Shown here: positions 16,750 through 32,569 of the stretch, piece after piece
Layout: each line of letters starts with the position of its first letter
Position numbering within the stretch: position 1 is the first letter of the stretch
Assembly: GCF_009914755.1 (NCBI RefSeq)
Contig: NC_060932.1
Direction: 5' to 3' (one strand)
DNA: 64,000 nt
Source: the human T2T-CHM13v2.0 reference genome, Homo sapiens
Program-made: the position numbers and the translations under genes
Notes under the pieces: model-generated
What the model saw: the letters and a program-made list of their open reading frames with translations, nothing else
Told to the model about the DNA's origin: nothing
Databases searched by the model: none

Positions 16750-16888
16750 ATGAGCACAGTGGCTCACACCTCTAATCCCAGCTCTTTGGGAGGCCAAGGC
16801 AGGAAGACTGCTTGAGGGCAGGAGTTCAACACCAGCCTGGGCAACATAACGAGACCCTGTCTCTATTTAAAAAACAACAACAAAAAAA
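16750..16888 (+). mobile_element. Alu monomer (FLAM-like)
   Basis: Single left-arm-type monomer ending gagaccctgtctctatttaaaaaacaac. Confidence 0.85.
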
Positions 16889-17719
16889 CCCAGATATATA
16901 ATAAAGTCCTGTGCATTACCAATAAAAAGGCAAACAATACTTTAAAAAATGGACAAAAGACTTGAATAGACACTTCACAAAATAAGAAATATGATTGACC
17001 AAGAAAGCAGTGTAAAAGTGCACAGCAATATTATCAGGGAGTTGCAAATTAAAACTTCCATGATACACCATTTCACACCCCTAGAATGGCTAAACCGTAA
17101 AAGACTGACAACACTACCTGTGGTCAAAGATGTAGAATACTTGAAATTCTCATACATTCTAGTAGGAATGCAAAATGTTACAACCACTTTGGAGAACTGT
17201 TTGGAATTTTCTTATGATGGTAGACTTACACTGATACTATGAACTAGCGATTTCACTCTTAGGTATTGAAATGAAAACATATGCCCCACTCCAGAGAGCC
17301 TTATTTATAGTAGACAAATATTAATCAATCAAAATGTCTATCACCAGGAGATAAACAGAAGAATGGATAAATTGTGATACATCCATGCGATGGAATATTA
17401 CTCACAAAAGAGCGAATTACTCATACACATGCCAATGTGGCTGAATCTCAAAAACATCACGTTAAGGGAAAGACTACATACCATCCGATTCCATTTATAT
17501 GAAATCCAAGAACAGGCAAAACTAATCTACAGCGATAGAATTCAGAAAGCCAGCTGTTTTGTTGGGGATGGGAAATAGGGAAGGCTAAAAAGGAGCACAA
17601 GGGAACCTTCTGGAATAATGGAAATGTTCTATATCTTATTTTGGATCGTGGTCACATTAATGTACATAACTGTCAAAAATTGAGTGGCCAGGCGCAATAT
17701 AATTGTCATCAAATAGAGT

Positions 17720-18005
17720 GGCTGGGTGCAGTGGCTCATGCCAATAATCCCAGCACTTTGGGAGGTCGAGGCTGGTCAGGAGTTCGAGACCAACCTGGCC
17801 AACAAGGTGAAACCCTACCTCTACTAAAAATACAAAAATTAGCCAGTCATGGTGGCACGTGCCTGTAATCCCAGCTACTTGGGAGGCTGAAGCAAGCGAA
17901 TCACTGGAACCCGGGAGGGAGGCAGAGGTTGCAGTGTGCCAAGATCGTGCCACTGCATTCTGGCCTGGACGGCAGAGCAAGACTCTGTCTCAAAAAAAAA
18001 AAAAA
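17720..18005 (+). mobile_element. Alu (AluS-type)
   Basis: Dimeric Alu with A tail; TSD-like tcatcaaat(a/t)gag on both sides. Confidence 0.93.
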
Positions 18006-20012
18006 ATTCATCAAATTGAGCATCGAAGATCTGTAAATGACAATATATGTTAATTATGCCTTAATAGAATGTATGCACACAAAAGACCAGGTGACTCTAT
18101 CTCTGCTCTCACAAAGTTTGCAATAGAGTTGAGGATAAAAGATATTGCCCCACTGAGATTAATAGGGAAACTAAATTATAAGGTATTTGTGGAGTCTCAT
18201 TTGTTCAAACAGCATGTGGCATGGACACACAACAAAATGTCTCCCGTGAAGCCTGTAAACTTCATAATTGGGATGAGGCTTTTAATGCATAAAGAACCTC
18301 TTTTGGCCTGCCTTCCTACCACTTCCAGTGGAGTTACCAGGCGGCTGTGAAAGGGGCTGTTCTCTGGCAAAACAGCCCTGGGTTACTAAGTTCTTCCTCC
18401 TTGCCTCATTCACCTTCACTGTTTATTGTTTTGTCTTGTGTATCTGCTGCTGCCAGCCCAAGGCAGGCCCTTGTCCTCTCTGCACTAACCCCCCAGGGAC
18501 TAAGCCTCACTCATCACTCCGTAATTTTTTCATTACTGATCCTAGAGCCGCCACAATATGACTCATAAAACAGCAACCCTCCCCAACACTCACATTCTTG
18601 ATCCTGAAGCCAGAAAGCAAAAATCCAAATTATTTTTTTCCTCTCTGTTTTCTTTTTATGTTCGCTTTCTGTATCTGTATCCTAGGGCCATCATGCTTTT
18701 TAATTTGTGATGTTCCAATTGATAGTGACATTGGCCGAAACTTAAAAACCAGTCAACAGAAACCATTCCTGGCTCCCTGGGACAATGGATGGAGGGAAGT
18801 GTCCTGACACAGTTCAGAAAAACTCAGTGGGGTGCATGGAGGGAGAAGCCAAGAACAAGTCCTTTATGTGGGGCATTGTTTCCATTTCTAAACCATTCTA
18901 TCGTGTGTCCTCTTTTCACTCACAAATGGAATATTGTTCCCTTTCTTTCTGCCAACAGACCCAAAGAGGAGTAGAGAGGGGAGTTTAAGGAGTAGAGCAG
19001 GAAAAGGGTATACAAAATGGCTTGGGTTTTTTTGAGTTAAACTCATAGAAACAGAGGGAAAAAGTCCCGTTCGGTTACATTGTTCCTCCCTCATTTAGAA
19101 CAGATTAAGTAGCACGGAGCAGATGGAGATAGTTTGCAAGGGACGAACTAACACAGTTCCCCCTACCCTTTTGCTTCTGGGCTTCCCGCTCAGTAAAAAC
19201 GCAGTACATGTGATTAAAGGTAGAAAATAACCTAATTGACAATCCTCTGGAAACATCACTCAGTGTTTGCACAGGTGCTATTGCCATTTTACCCCTAATT
19301 CCTTAAAATCAGTGGGGCCTTCCCACTTGGAGATGAAATTCCCTTCTTGCCTTCCATATTGCAGTCTTTTAGAGAGGGAATCCTTCCAGCTTCTCAGCCA
19401 TCTGACTTCCAAAACGTCCACATCCTATTCATGTTTCAGCATCTGGATCAAGTATCACCTTGTTCACAAATCCCCTGAGCAACTCTCTTTTCCACATCCC
19501 TGGGAAGTTCTCTTGCTTCCCTTTGTCACTATACCTGTGCTCTTCTCTCTTACAGCACTCAGCATTTTTCACTTTGTCAGTCTCCTTTTCTTCCTGCAAT
19601 TCTTAGCTGAAGAGTTCAGCTGACTTACTAGAAAAATAATTGTCATCTCCTCTAGCAGACTGCCTAGAGAAGCAGTGTGATTTCATCACACTTTATGTGT
19701 ACTTCCATAAAGCAATGATTTCCTGTATTGTAGACACTCATTAGCTCCCCTGTCTCTTGGCTCCAGGAAGGCAGGAATGATGTCTCTACCTGTTTGATTA
19801 CCCAGTATGAACCCTTACGTATCATATACAACATGTATCACATACACATGTTCTTTGAATTTAGCTATGTTGAGGTCACTGTGGATCTTCTTTGTATTTT
19901 TATTATTAGTTATGGAAGTGGAGAAGTCAGAAACAATTCTGCAATGAGTACATGAGTGAAAAAGTATAAAGAAAGTAGCAGTGGACAACTCTTTTGAGCA
20001 ATTTGATTATTA

Positions 20013-20560
<548 letters not shown>

Positions 20561-20639
20561 GACACAGTGAAAGATATCTTTCCTCCCATTTAGCTAAGTC
20601 CGGGTGCTACCACATGCCAAGTAACTTGCCCTTGATGCT

Positions 20640-21560
20640 GTTGACAGATCAATACATGCCCTCACTGTGAGCATATATTAGAAGGGACAGATATTAAGCA
20701 AATGCCAATTATTTAATAAACTTGATAAATACTACAAATAAAAAGTTTCAATGCTAAGAGAGCATATAAGAGACGTAGCAGAGGGATCAGAGAAATTCTC
20801 TCCGAGGAATTAAAGGATACTAAGGAATTACCTAGGCTAGGTGGTGGGAGGAGCCTTCCAAGTAGACAGAAGTATATGCTGAAGGCCCTGAAGCAGTAGA
20901 AAATAGGGCATTTGAGAAACTGGGAGTATGGCAGGGTGGGTGGCACAGCACAACAAGGGGAATAACACAGCAGGGTGAGCATAGAGAGGTGGGTAGACCT
21001 GACCTCAGGGAGCACTTTGCAAGTCATGTTAAGGAGTTTGGTTTTTATTGTAAGAGCAAAAAAATGCAATTGATTTTAAAAAAAAAAAAAGGTTTTTTTT
21101 GAGATGGGGTCTCACTATGTTGCTCAGGCTGGTCTCAAACTCCTGAGCTCAAGCAATCAATCTGCCTGCCTTGGGCCCCCAAAGTTCTGGGATTACAGGT
21201 ATGAGCCACTGCGCCTGGCCAGCCACTGATGGTTTTAAACAGATTAGATTTGTGCTTCGAAAAGATACCCTGCTTGTAGAGTAGAGAGTGGATTGTTGGA
21301 TGGGGAGAGGTGGGGTGCCATCGTCAAGATCAGATGGTGGGAGACTAGTTGGAATATTGCAGAAATTGAGAATGAAGGTGAATGTGGCTTGGTGTGGCAT
21401 TGGAGATGGAGAGAAGAAGATGGATTTGGAGAGCTTTAGGGGGAAGGATGGACAGGACCAGATCATGGACATGATATGGGAGTGGAGGGAGAAGCTGAGT
21501 CACCAAAGGGCAACTGAGTGAACAGGATGCTGTTGACTAAAACAGAAACATAGAAGAGAA
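20640..21560 (-). mobile_element. L2 fragment interrupted by an Alu monomer (~21091-21220, minus strand)
   Basis: gtcatgttaaggagtttggtttttattgtaagagc, gattagatttgtgcttcgaaaagataccctg, tggagatggagagaagaagatggatttg are reverse L2 hallmarks. Confidence 0.8.
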
Positions 21561-22389
21561 CCTCCTTCTCCAGCCAGGAAGTGCATAACAACCAGTGTGA
21601 AAATCTCCCGCCAGTTCCAGCTCTCACCACACAGTGAGAACACAGCCCCCTTAGGCAGTAACACTCTAAGTAGCTTGGTCCGTTGTAATGAAAAGATCAG
21701 GCGGTTTTGGCTCATACACGTGCACTCGTGTGGTATCTGACAGGGTTTTAGTCTTTCCTTCCGTCTTTCCCTGGCTCATATCTCAGTCTGACAACAGGAA
21801 CAAACAGAACTTTGTGATTTGATTTTTTTTTTTGAGCTCCCAACAAGCCTTTTTACATAATCTTCAACAATAACTGGCCTTTGAGTGTCTGGGCACAGGC
21901 TGTACGCTGTGCTGGGAGACACTGATCTTCCGCGGTGAGACGGAAAGATAAGCATTGAGCCTATAGATGAAGCATTAGGCAGCTATCACAGCGCTGGCAA
22001 CGCATTTGCCCTTCTGCTTCTCTGATCCCCATCAAAAGTGCCCAACCTCCGGATTTGCCTGGGCTATCTTAATCCCACTTCACCTACTGCAGCTGTTTAT
22101 TCTTGGCAATGGGCTTACACCTAACACAGCATAGAAGAGACACACCACCGAATTCTGTTTTCTTTACGAGGACAAGGCAGGGATTCAAAATTCAAAAGCA
22201 GCAGCAGCTCGGATTCTAGTTCTAAGGAGGACGTTTTCCTGCTGCATGAAGTCAGACGGTAAACACTTCGCCAGCCCCACCTAAGAAATCGGCACATTCC
22301 TCAACCCCATGCATGAGGCTGCAGGAAGTTCGTGCAGGGTCCTCTGGGTGCCCCAAACCAACACTTGGCCATAGAATTCCTAGGGCAGA

Positions 22390-22540
22390 TTGCAGAGAAG
22401 AATCCGATGACCTGTTTTCTAGTCTTAGTTCTGGCACTAATTGGCCAAGTGACCTTGTACAAGTGACTCACCTCATCTTTCCAAAAATGGGATGGAATGG
22501 AGTAGAATGTCTCATCTCACAGTTCAGTTTAGCCTTCATT
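22390..22540 (+). mobile_element. MIR
   Basis: ttctagtcttagttctggcactaattggccaagtgaccttgtacaagtgactcacctc. Confidence 0.65.
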
Positions 22541-22704
22541 ATCTTGGCAGAGTCAAAATTACATCCAGATTGATAAGCTGCTGTTGAGGGTCTTGTTTTT
22601 TGAATCATCTTTTGCTTTCCAACTGAATTTCCTAGACAGAGGATTTACTACTATTTTCATCATGCAGAGTTTATGAAGAGTGAGATGAAAAGGCAGGAAA
22701 GGCA

Positions 22705-22827
22705 TAATACCTGAGTGATAAAATAATCTATACAACAAACCCCCATCATACACGTTTACCCCTATGTAACAAACCTGCACAGCGTGCACAAGTTCCCCTG
22801 AACTTAAAATAAAAGTTTTTAAAAAAT
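22705..22827 (+). mobile_element. Extreme 3' end of an older L1P element
   Basis: gtgataaaataatctatacaacaaacccc...tatgtaacaaacctgcaca...cccctgaacttaaaataaaagtt. Confidence 0.85.
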
Positions 22828-22847
22828 GTTTAAAAAGGCAGCAATGT

Positions 22848-23162
<315 letters not shown>

Positions 23163-23643
23163 TTATTCCGTCTCTCTTAATAGGGTCAGGGCCCATGGGG
23201 CTGTCTTGTTTACCACAGTACAATGTCTGCCACATAATAGGCACTCAGTAAGTACTTGCTGAATGGAAAAGTGAATGTTCAGGAACAGATTGTCCTATAT
23301 GGAGAATAGGAGGCTCTCCTCCCATAAGGGCAAGGTGAGGCCTTAATGAAAACTGAAATTTCAGCAAGGAGAGGAAAATTCTTTATTTTCATGGAGAGCC
23401 TACATTCCAGGACCACAAATAAACAATTCTAGTTGCAGAACAGGAAGCACTGTCTTGGTATAGAGCTACATGAGCTTCAAACTGTAGCCTAAAGCAAACA
23501 ATGTGTTGCAATTATGTGAAACCTTCATGAACATCAGTTTTTCTGGTTAAAGTAGTACTAATATTGTTTTCATACTAAAGCAAAAATATATATGTTATGA
23601 AGAAGAATGCAAAGTTAGCATGGCTTTGAAAAGTAAGAAGTGA

Positions 23644-24145
<502 letters not shown>

Positions 24146-25014
24146 TGCTTATTCCCCAGGAAATGACAAAAACCATTCTTATCAAGTTGTAGCTTCTGAC
24201 ATATTTTGTCATTGCTCTGACCTCCTCTCTGGCCTTAGCAGTGACGTTACTAACTACAGAGGAAGGTAGGAAATCTCTAACAGCAGATCCTGTAAGATAC
24301 TGCATTTTCCATTTCCCCCCTCTCCCTCTCCTGCCCTCTTCCCTCTCTCTCTCTTTGTCTGTGATACTATATATAACATATAAAAAATAATATTATATTA
24401 TGAAAATATATGTAGAAATAAATGCTACCAATGAACCCAACTAACTCTGGTTACCAGTTTGCCTGAAACCCCTTTTCTCCCCTCATGGGCATAGTTCTGG
24501 GAATATCTGTCTGCCCTCCTTGCCTCTCCTTCCACACTGTTCACTCACCATTTGATTGCTTTCTGTCTGTCTTGCACTCTTACCACTCTGCAGAAGGTCT
24601 TCACTTCCTTTTGCTAAATGCAAACAGTCCAATCCTGTGACTTCCGGTGCATTCCTCATTCTCCAACTTCTCCCAGCAATCATCTCTATACAGCACATAT
24701 GAATTAGGCATGGCATATGTATTTGTGGAATTGAATTTCTGAATGTATTATTTTATACTTAGTGTTACTGTAAAGTAGCCATACTCCTCTTACTGGAAAG
24801 CTTTCTCTTCAGGAGAGATAACCCCCTTTAGCCAAATTGCACTTAGGATAAAGCAAAAATAGCTGAAACATAGCAAAACTGCTTCCTCCTCTACCAAAGA
24901 AAAACCCTCTAAGGATGATGAACTTCCACAAATTCAGCTAATAGCTTCTTTGTGTCTCAGTATCTGTCTCCCCCTGACCAATCCTAACCACACTTCAAGG
25001 CCTACCTTAAGTAT

Positions 25015-25378
<364 letters not shown>

Positions 25379-25381
25379 TAA

Positions 25382-25699
<318 letters not shown>

Positions 25700-26129
25700 T
25701 CTGTAATTGGAATTCTTGACCACTGCTATTGGAAATATTGTCTCCATGCACTCTGAGAGCTAAATGTTCTTATGACTCTTTTTTGCGCATATCTCTCATA
25801 GATATTTACAATCCTACTCAAAAACAAACTCCTTGAAGGGCAATCTCCTTACTTTCTTTTTTATATGCACCAAAGCACCTAGTAGATGTTTATTAAATAT
25901 TTGCTGAATGGCTGATGACCATGGTTTCCACAAGATGTTTTCAGTGTCGGACTCTGGCAAAAATGTAATCATTGTTTTTCTAGAGGACTCTCTACTGTCA
26001 TAACAAATTTAGTCTCATAGGTCTTTTTGAGTAACCTGATTGACTTTGAAGAAGGCCATTGAGAACAATTACAGATCTGTCATGAAGGGCTGGTATTGTC
26101 CCCAACTATCAGAATTTATTTGTCCTAAA

Positions 26130-27130
26130 ACATTCATCCATTCCACAAAGATTTGTTAGGCATCACTATGTACCAAGCACTATTCTAAACCCTGGAGATA
26201 CTGCAGTGAATTTTAAAAAGTAGTGAAGAAAAAAAAAAAAAACCCTGCCCTCATGGAACTTACATTCCAGGGGTGGGGGGTTATAGACAATAAGCAAAGT
26301 AAACAAGAATATGATATAATATAATAGGTCATAAATGCTGTGGAGATAACTAAAACAGACAAGGGGATGGGGATTGTGAGAAAGGGGTTGCAACTTTAAA
26401 TTCGGTGGTCTCAGTAGGAACCCTTGAGAAGGTGCATTTGAGGAAATGAAGGAGCCAGGCTAAGTGGGAGGGGGAAGGATCATTCCAGGCAGCAGACCTA
26501 GTGAAGGCAAAGGCCCTGAGGGCAGTGGGCTGAGGGGATTTCAGGAAAAATGAGGCCAGTATGGCTGGAAGGAGAGATTGCTGGAGAAAATACTATGAGT
26601 GAAGTTTAGGAGCTAAGGGAGTGGTATACAGGGCAGATTGGGCAGAGCCTTTTCGGCCATTCTAGGGACTTTGGTGTTCATCCTCAATTAGATGGAGCAT
26701 TTCGATCCAACAAATGACACAATTTGGCTTTGGTTTTTAAATGATCACTCTGGCTTCTGTTTTGAGAATGTCTATCAGGGAACAGAGTTACAAACAAGGA
26801 GACTGCTTTGCAAGCTACTACAGTAATTCAGGTGAGAGGTGATGAGGGGTTGGGCTAAGGTGATGGAAGTAGAGATGGTGAGAAACAGTTGAATGCTGAA
26901 TCCATGTTAAAGGTAGAGCCAAAGGATTTACGAAGATATCAGAAATGGGGTATACATGAAAGAGAGGAGCCAAAGGTGATTTCCAAAATGTTTGGCCGAA
27001 GCGACTGGCCAGAGTCGGGACAGAAGTCTGTGGAAAGTGGGAGGTGAAGGGGATCAGAAGTTTATTTTGGAGATACTAAGTTTTGCAACACTGTCTGGAC
27101 ATCCTACTAGAGTCGATGTTAAGTAAAGGG

Positions 27131-27177
<47 letters not shown>

Positions 27178-27290
27178 TGGAATTCTGGAAAAGTTCAGGC
27201 TACAAATCCAAATCACTTAAGGAGTGAGTGTAGATAAGAGAAGATAATATGTGTGAAGGACTGATTACCAGGTACTCCAACTTTAAGATA
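26130..27290 (-). mobile_element. L2 (L2a-like) ~1.1 kb 3' portion
   Basis: cattcatccattccacaaagatttgtt...ctatgtaccaagcactattctaaaccctggagatactgcagtgaa...ccctgccctcatggaacttacattcc. Confidence 0.88.
27133..27176. repeat. (GT)n microsatellite, about 21 units
   Basis: Uninterrupted tg run. Confidence 0.97.
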
Positions 27291-28629
27291 CAGGGAAAAT
27301 GAGCAGTGAAAACATGCTTGCATGTTTTGAATCATTTTCTACATTATATTCTCCAAAGGTAACATTCAGAAGCTCCACTAGGGCCCCTCTAATGGGTTCC
27401 TTCTGCACGAAGCCAACAACTTCTGTAACTGGCTGTGCGATCGCTACGTTTTTATAGAAAGTCACCTCAGAACTGGCTACTAAAATTGTCTGTTGGGCTT
27501 ATGGGCCTTATATTGGAATCACGCCTCCTCTCTTTTGCTTTTGGTAAAAAATTTGAGAGTAATGGAGAGGGGGCATTACTTGATCTCTTCAGTAATATTT
27601 CCCAGAGCCAGGCAGTTCTGTCATGCCCAACTGCAAGATGCATACTTGAACACCAAGATATGTACTTATCTTATCCTGGCAATTAAGACACTGTTCACTT
27701 TTGTTTAGAAAGATAGAAACCAATGCAATGATCTTTGGCTAGATTCTTCACAGAATACATGGAAATCTTGAGCTCTAAAGTCAGAAAAACCAGAAATTCT
27801 CTTATTTCAAATGAGGCCTTTTAAAATGTATTTTTTCATGTATTTATGCTTGACTCTTGAGGCCTTAACACCATGAACATTTTTAAAATATGAAAATTAT
27901 ATTAAATAAAAGTTTTGAGCTTTTGTCTGACTGCCCCCAAGTCCAGCCCCACCACACATTGAGAGGAGAGAGAGGTGGGAAGCAAATAGTAGTCTTTTCG
28001 GTAGCTCATTTGAGGAACAAACACTATTTTCTGGAAAGAAATCATGGGAAATGTAGATTTTCTTTTTTGAAAAAAAATACGGAAATTTGATACCATGGGT
28101 TAAGTGCTTCCTAATTTTCTTTTTCACATACCTCATCTTTGTATTATTATCCTATTATACCTCTCAGAATTGCTGAAACCTCTAAACAAAGAGGTAGAAA
28201 GTACACAGCTACAAAAGACTCCAAATCCTTTTTCTATGTCAGAACAGAATACCAGCCTCTAGTCCAATTACACAGGACTATGCCTTCTTTTCTTTGAGTT
28301 GCAGAAAGAACACACTCATGTTTCTTAGCTTGCACTTATGTTCATCAGGCAGCTCTAAATGCATTTTAAGCCACTTACTAATAATAAATGAGATGCAGAC
28401 CCCTGACTCAATTTCTAGATTGATACTTTGAAAAGTTTGAATCTTTACTGAAAAGGGGGTAAAAAGAATTCCAAATTTCTGACATGTCACTGATACTCAA
28501 ATTCTCAAAACATATTCCATAAATTTGTAGATGCCTAAAGATTTCTGTGCATTCAGACCTTGGAACAAACAAGCCAGTTCAGCAAATGGAATCTCATTCC
28601 TTTGGGAAGTCATATGGGAGGGGCACCTG

Positions 28630-28840
28630 CTTTAGAAAAACACAGACTGGGTTTGAAGACTAATTCCATCATTTTCATTACTTGTGTGTCCAAGGGCAAG
28701 TTACCTTATCACTTTAAGCTTTTAGCTTCCTTGTCTAGAAAAAGAAGATAATAAATGCCTTCCTCATTGGATTGCTGTGAATATTAACTGAGATAACTTA
28801 GGTAAGCACCTAGAACAGCGCTAGTGCTCAACAAATGTGA
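28630..28840 (+). mobile_element. MIR
   Basis: cagactgggtttgaag...ggcaagttaccttatcac...ggattgctgtgaatattaactgagataa. Confidence 0.8.
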
Positions 28841-30000
28841 CACCCCTAAATAGCAATGCAGAGAAATAGACTCAACCATAGTTACTGAAGAAAGGAGATA
28901 TTTTGAATGTGTTTTGAAATAGACATCAAATAATACAGGGAAAGCACACAGTTCTTTTTTTCAAGTGATTTTATATTGTGATATGCATCATCCTTTCTTA
29001 AAGCAAGGAAAGTCTTGGCACTGTCAAATCTATTAATGTAGCTTTATAATTATTACTCCAGGGAAAGATAAGAGCTTTTAAAATTTTTTAATGAGAGCTC
29101 AGATTTTAGAAATTTCCAGGATTTTGCAAATTCAAATATTAGAATCAATTTTGGAAACATCTACCAGTTATCCTTGCAATTGAGCTAAGACAAATGAAAT
29201 CTTAATCTTGGAATTTCATTTCTGATGCTCTATTTCCATTTACATAAATTCTTTTCCTTTTTGTATGTCTCAGGAATAACCAAGTTCTTTTGATCTTGTT
29301 TCCTTATTTTTGTGTTCTCTAGAGAAACCCAGATATTCTTTTGTTCATATTTGTTGGACCACGACCAACAGTGGTCTGACGTGCCCTGTGCACCTCTAGT
29401 GTAATTTTCCATGTAATCCTTGTGATCAATTCTGAATTTGCCTTTCCCAGATATTTTCTGTAATTTTATCAAACTGCCTCCCAATTCTTCATGACATACA
29501 CAGAGAATTTGACCCAAATCTAACATGCCGAATGGTCTTTAGCCAGCCTCCTCTGGATTGGGATCTCACAACTAAGCAAAACCAGGCCTCAACTCTTCTT
29601 GGATGGAAAATCCGAGGGAAAGAGGATGTAAACTGAATGATAGTCTTTCCTGCAATCAGCACAGAGCCAACCACCCCTTATAGTCTGAGGTTTAACTGGA
29701 GCGCATCCATTGGAGTAACACGTAAAACTAAGCTGCTGTTAATTTTTCTACTAAAATGCTTCATTTACCTAACATTCTTGAGGAATGAAGAATTCTACTT
29801 ATCTATTTCACAACTAACTAAAGCTTATTCCCTTAAGTGCTAAAATCTATTTTAAATCAAAATCCTTATAATCCTTATACTTGCTTGCCTTTCTAAATGG
29901 TGCAATAAGTGTAATTTCACCTTGTCTTCAGGATTAAAGTTCATAATTATTGTCATTTATATGGAGAATATTAATGGCCTTTTGTGCTGAAAAGGAAAGG

Positions 30001-30281
30001 TTTGGTGGTGGTGGTGGTGTTGTTTCGAGACAGAGTATCGCTCTGTTGCCCAGGCTGGAGTGCAGTGGTGCAATCTTGGCTCACTGCAACCACTGCACTC
30101 CCAGGCTCAAGGGATTTTCATGCCTCAGCCTCCGGAGTAGCTGGGCAATTTTTGTATTTTTAGCAGAGTCAGGGTTTCGCCGTGTTGCCCGGGCTGGTCT
30201 GGAACTCCTGAGCTCAAGTGATCTGCCCACCTCAGCCTCCCAAAGTGCTACAATTACAGGCATGAGCCACCGTGCCTGGCT
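30001..30281 (-). mobile_element. Alu (AluJ-type) with internal deletion and (GGT)n-converted tail
   Basis: ggtggtggtggtggtgttgtttcgagacagag...gagccaccgtgcctggc. Confidence 0.92.
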
Positions 30282-30649
30282 TGGAAAGGGAAGTTTGCTC
30301 ACACATGCAACGACTCCATATGAACCTATTTGTTCTTTAAATTACTTGGCACTTCTTTTCTGAAGTCTGAAACTCTCTTCAGGTTATCAGTTACAGTGAG
30401 TATTCTATCTTTTCCATTCTAATGGTCTATTGTGAGGTGGATTTTAAAAAAATGACAACAAACCAATACTATTAGGATTGTGCTTCAAGAAAAAGCAACT
30501 GTGGGTGTCTGTGGGAATCTCCTAATAACAAGGTATATGACCTTCAGTGCATGGCCATATAAGTCTTTTTTAAAAAATGCTTTCTAATCTGATAGTTGTG
30601 TATCCGAGAGTTAACGCTGGGAGTCATTGTTTGAGTCAAGTGTTACCTC

Positions 30650-30830
30650 ACCAGAGCATTTCCTTATTAAAAAAAACGCACAAAAAAAGTATTTAGTTCT
30701 CATCACTTCCCAGGCAGTTTTATGACAGGTCCTGCTTTCCTGTTTTTATTAATGGGAACGGACAAGTCAAGTGACTTATTGAAGGCCAGCAACACGAGGG
30801 GTAGAACCAGATACAGAAGTTTCATCTTTT
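30650..30830 (-). mobile_element. MIR fragment
   Basis: gtcaagtgacttattgaaggccagcaac...ggtagaaccagatacagaa. Confidence 0.55.
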
Positions 30831-32199
30831 AACTTCTCTGATCAATTCAGTAAACTCATCATGATCTATAGGACTTGAACTTAACTGAATTTTTAATTGA
30901 GTATTTTTTTTGGTAAATCAAATGTTATAATGATAATATATTTAGTGATGTCTCTAAATGATTTTTTATAAATGGAAGGACTGAGGGAAGCCTTCTAGAA
31001 AGAGAAGGCAGAGTTTTTTCAGTTGCCCTAATGGCCTGGATGCCTCAGGATGCCTTTTTCTACCACCTGGGATTTGGCGGTAGAAACCCAGTTTAGAATT
31101 TATAAAAAGAAAGTTACTGCCAATCATGTGGCCCCTTGAGAATATGTAACAAAATGAAAGGAGATAGATGGATGTTTCTTGTCTGGTGTCTATAATTCCA
31201 CCTGATACATAAAAGGCATTAAGTTGATTTACTTGATTTTTAGGAGAGTAAAATCCCGCATAAAAATCAACAGCTCTTTTAGCCTAAATCTTTAGTACAC
31301 AAAGTTTTTTGTTAGAAGTGAAGCAGTATCTACAATTAACAGATTTATCAGGCTATATATTTTGTTTTAACGCAAGCATGAGCCACATAGGCCTCTGCAG
31401 GGTAGTATGCTAAAGGCATTATCAGCTCAGATGTTTCTGCCTTACCCTTGGCCATTCTGATGTGAGAGATTTGGGGCTGTGGGTGGGTGGGAGGACCCCA
31501 GGTTACAGGAGTGGGAGGACGGCTGAAAGCAGGGGAACTTCTAAATGCCCTTCCGTGACTCTCCCAGGCTGAGTGGAGTGGCATCTGGATCAGAGGTTCT
31601 CATTGTACCCAGCTCCACACTAAACTTTCAGCATTGGACAGAGAGAATTGGTTAACTTCTTGTTGTCCACAAGGCATAAGGTAGTGTCATGTGAACTATT
31701 AGTTTCATTCACTGCAATTATTTATTTCTTACATTAAATTTTGCTCAAGTCCCTTACAATTTTCCAAAGATAGACATGTGGATGTGGGCAAGCAGGCAAA
31801 AAAGCAAAAAAGCAAACAACAACAACAACAACAACCTCTTGAATTTCATTTTGCTTCTTTTGATTATTCAGAGAAAACTTCAGAAAGTTAATGTAGCACA
31901 GATAGAAAAATGTGAAATACAGAGTTGAAAGAAGACAGTGCTTTCATCTGTCAAGCATTAGGGGTTTCCCAGCCTGGAATGTACCTGGCTTTAATAGTTT
32001 TTAAGGGATTGGTTTTTATTCTGAACCCAAATCCCACCCCACCTCCCCAAACACACACGCATACACGCAGGCACACGCATATACATATCGGGTTATACAG
32101 TGATGCCAAAACAGACAAGGAAGGGAAGTCAAGATTAATAGTGGTGAGCAGGGCGTTGATTTCAGCCAGTTCTGTTTACACAGCATTTTCCTTCCAGAA

Positions 32200-32370
32200 C
32201 CGCAGAGCTCTACACAGATACTATCTCACTAATCCTCAATGGAGCTTTCTCAAAGCGCCTTTATCCAGCCTCTCTCCTAGGAGAAAGTGAGGCACGGCGG
32301 GCAGAGGTGGTGAAGTCCTCGCAAAAGCTGGAAACATGACCCCGGGCTCCTGACGCATGGGCCATTGTCC
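32200..32370 (-). mobile_element. MIR fragment
   Basis: gagctctacacagatactatctcactaatcctca...gagaaagtgaggcacgg...gtgaagtcctcgcaaaag. Confidence 0.6.
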
Positions 32371-32569
32371 TTTGCACTCCACCGCGCCACCTTCCTGTCA
32401 GGTGTCTGGTAAACAGGTTAACTGATCGCTGATTAGGGGCCTCCCGCCTACGTGCAATGAGTGGCGGAAAGGAGCTTTTCCTTGTCAATACGAAAATCTT
32501 TGAGTACAAATCGATAAAGCTAGAGATTCAAAGACTGCCTTTATAAAACTGGAGAAGATGCACTCTGGC

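Noticed and set aside
29230-29526. 98-aa Lys-rich minus-strand ORF, considered as a processed pseudogene fragment
   Set aside because: No parent protein recognised, no poly(A) tail or TSD
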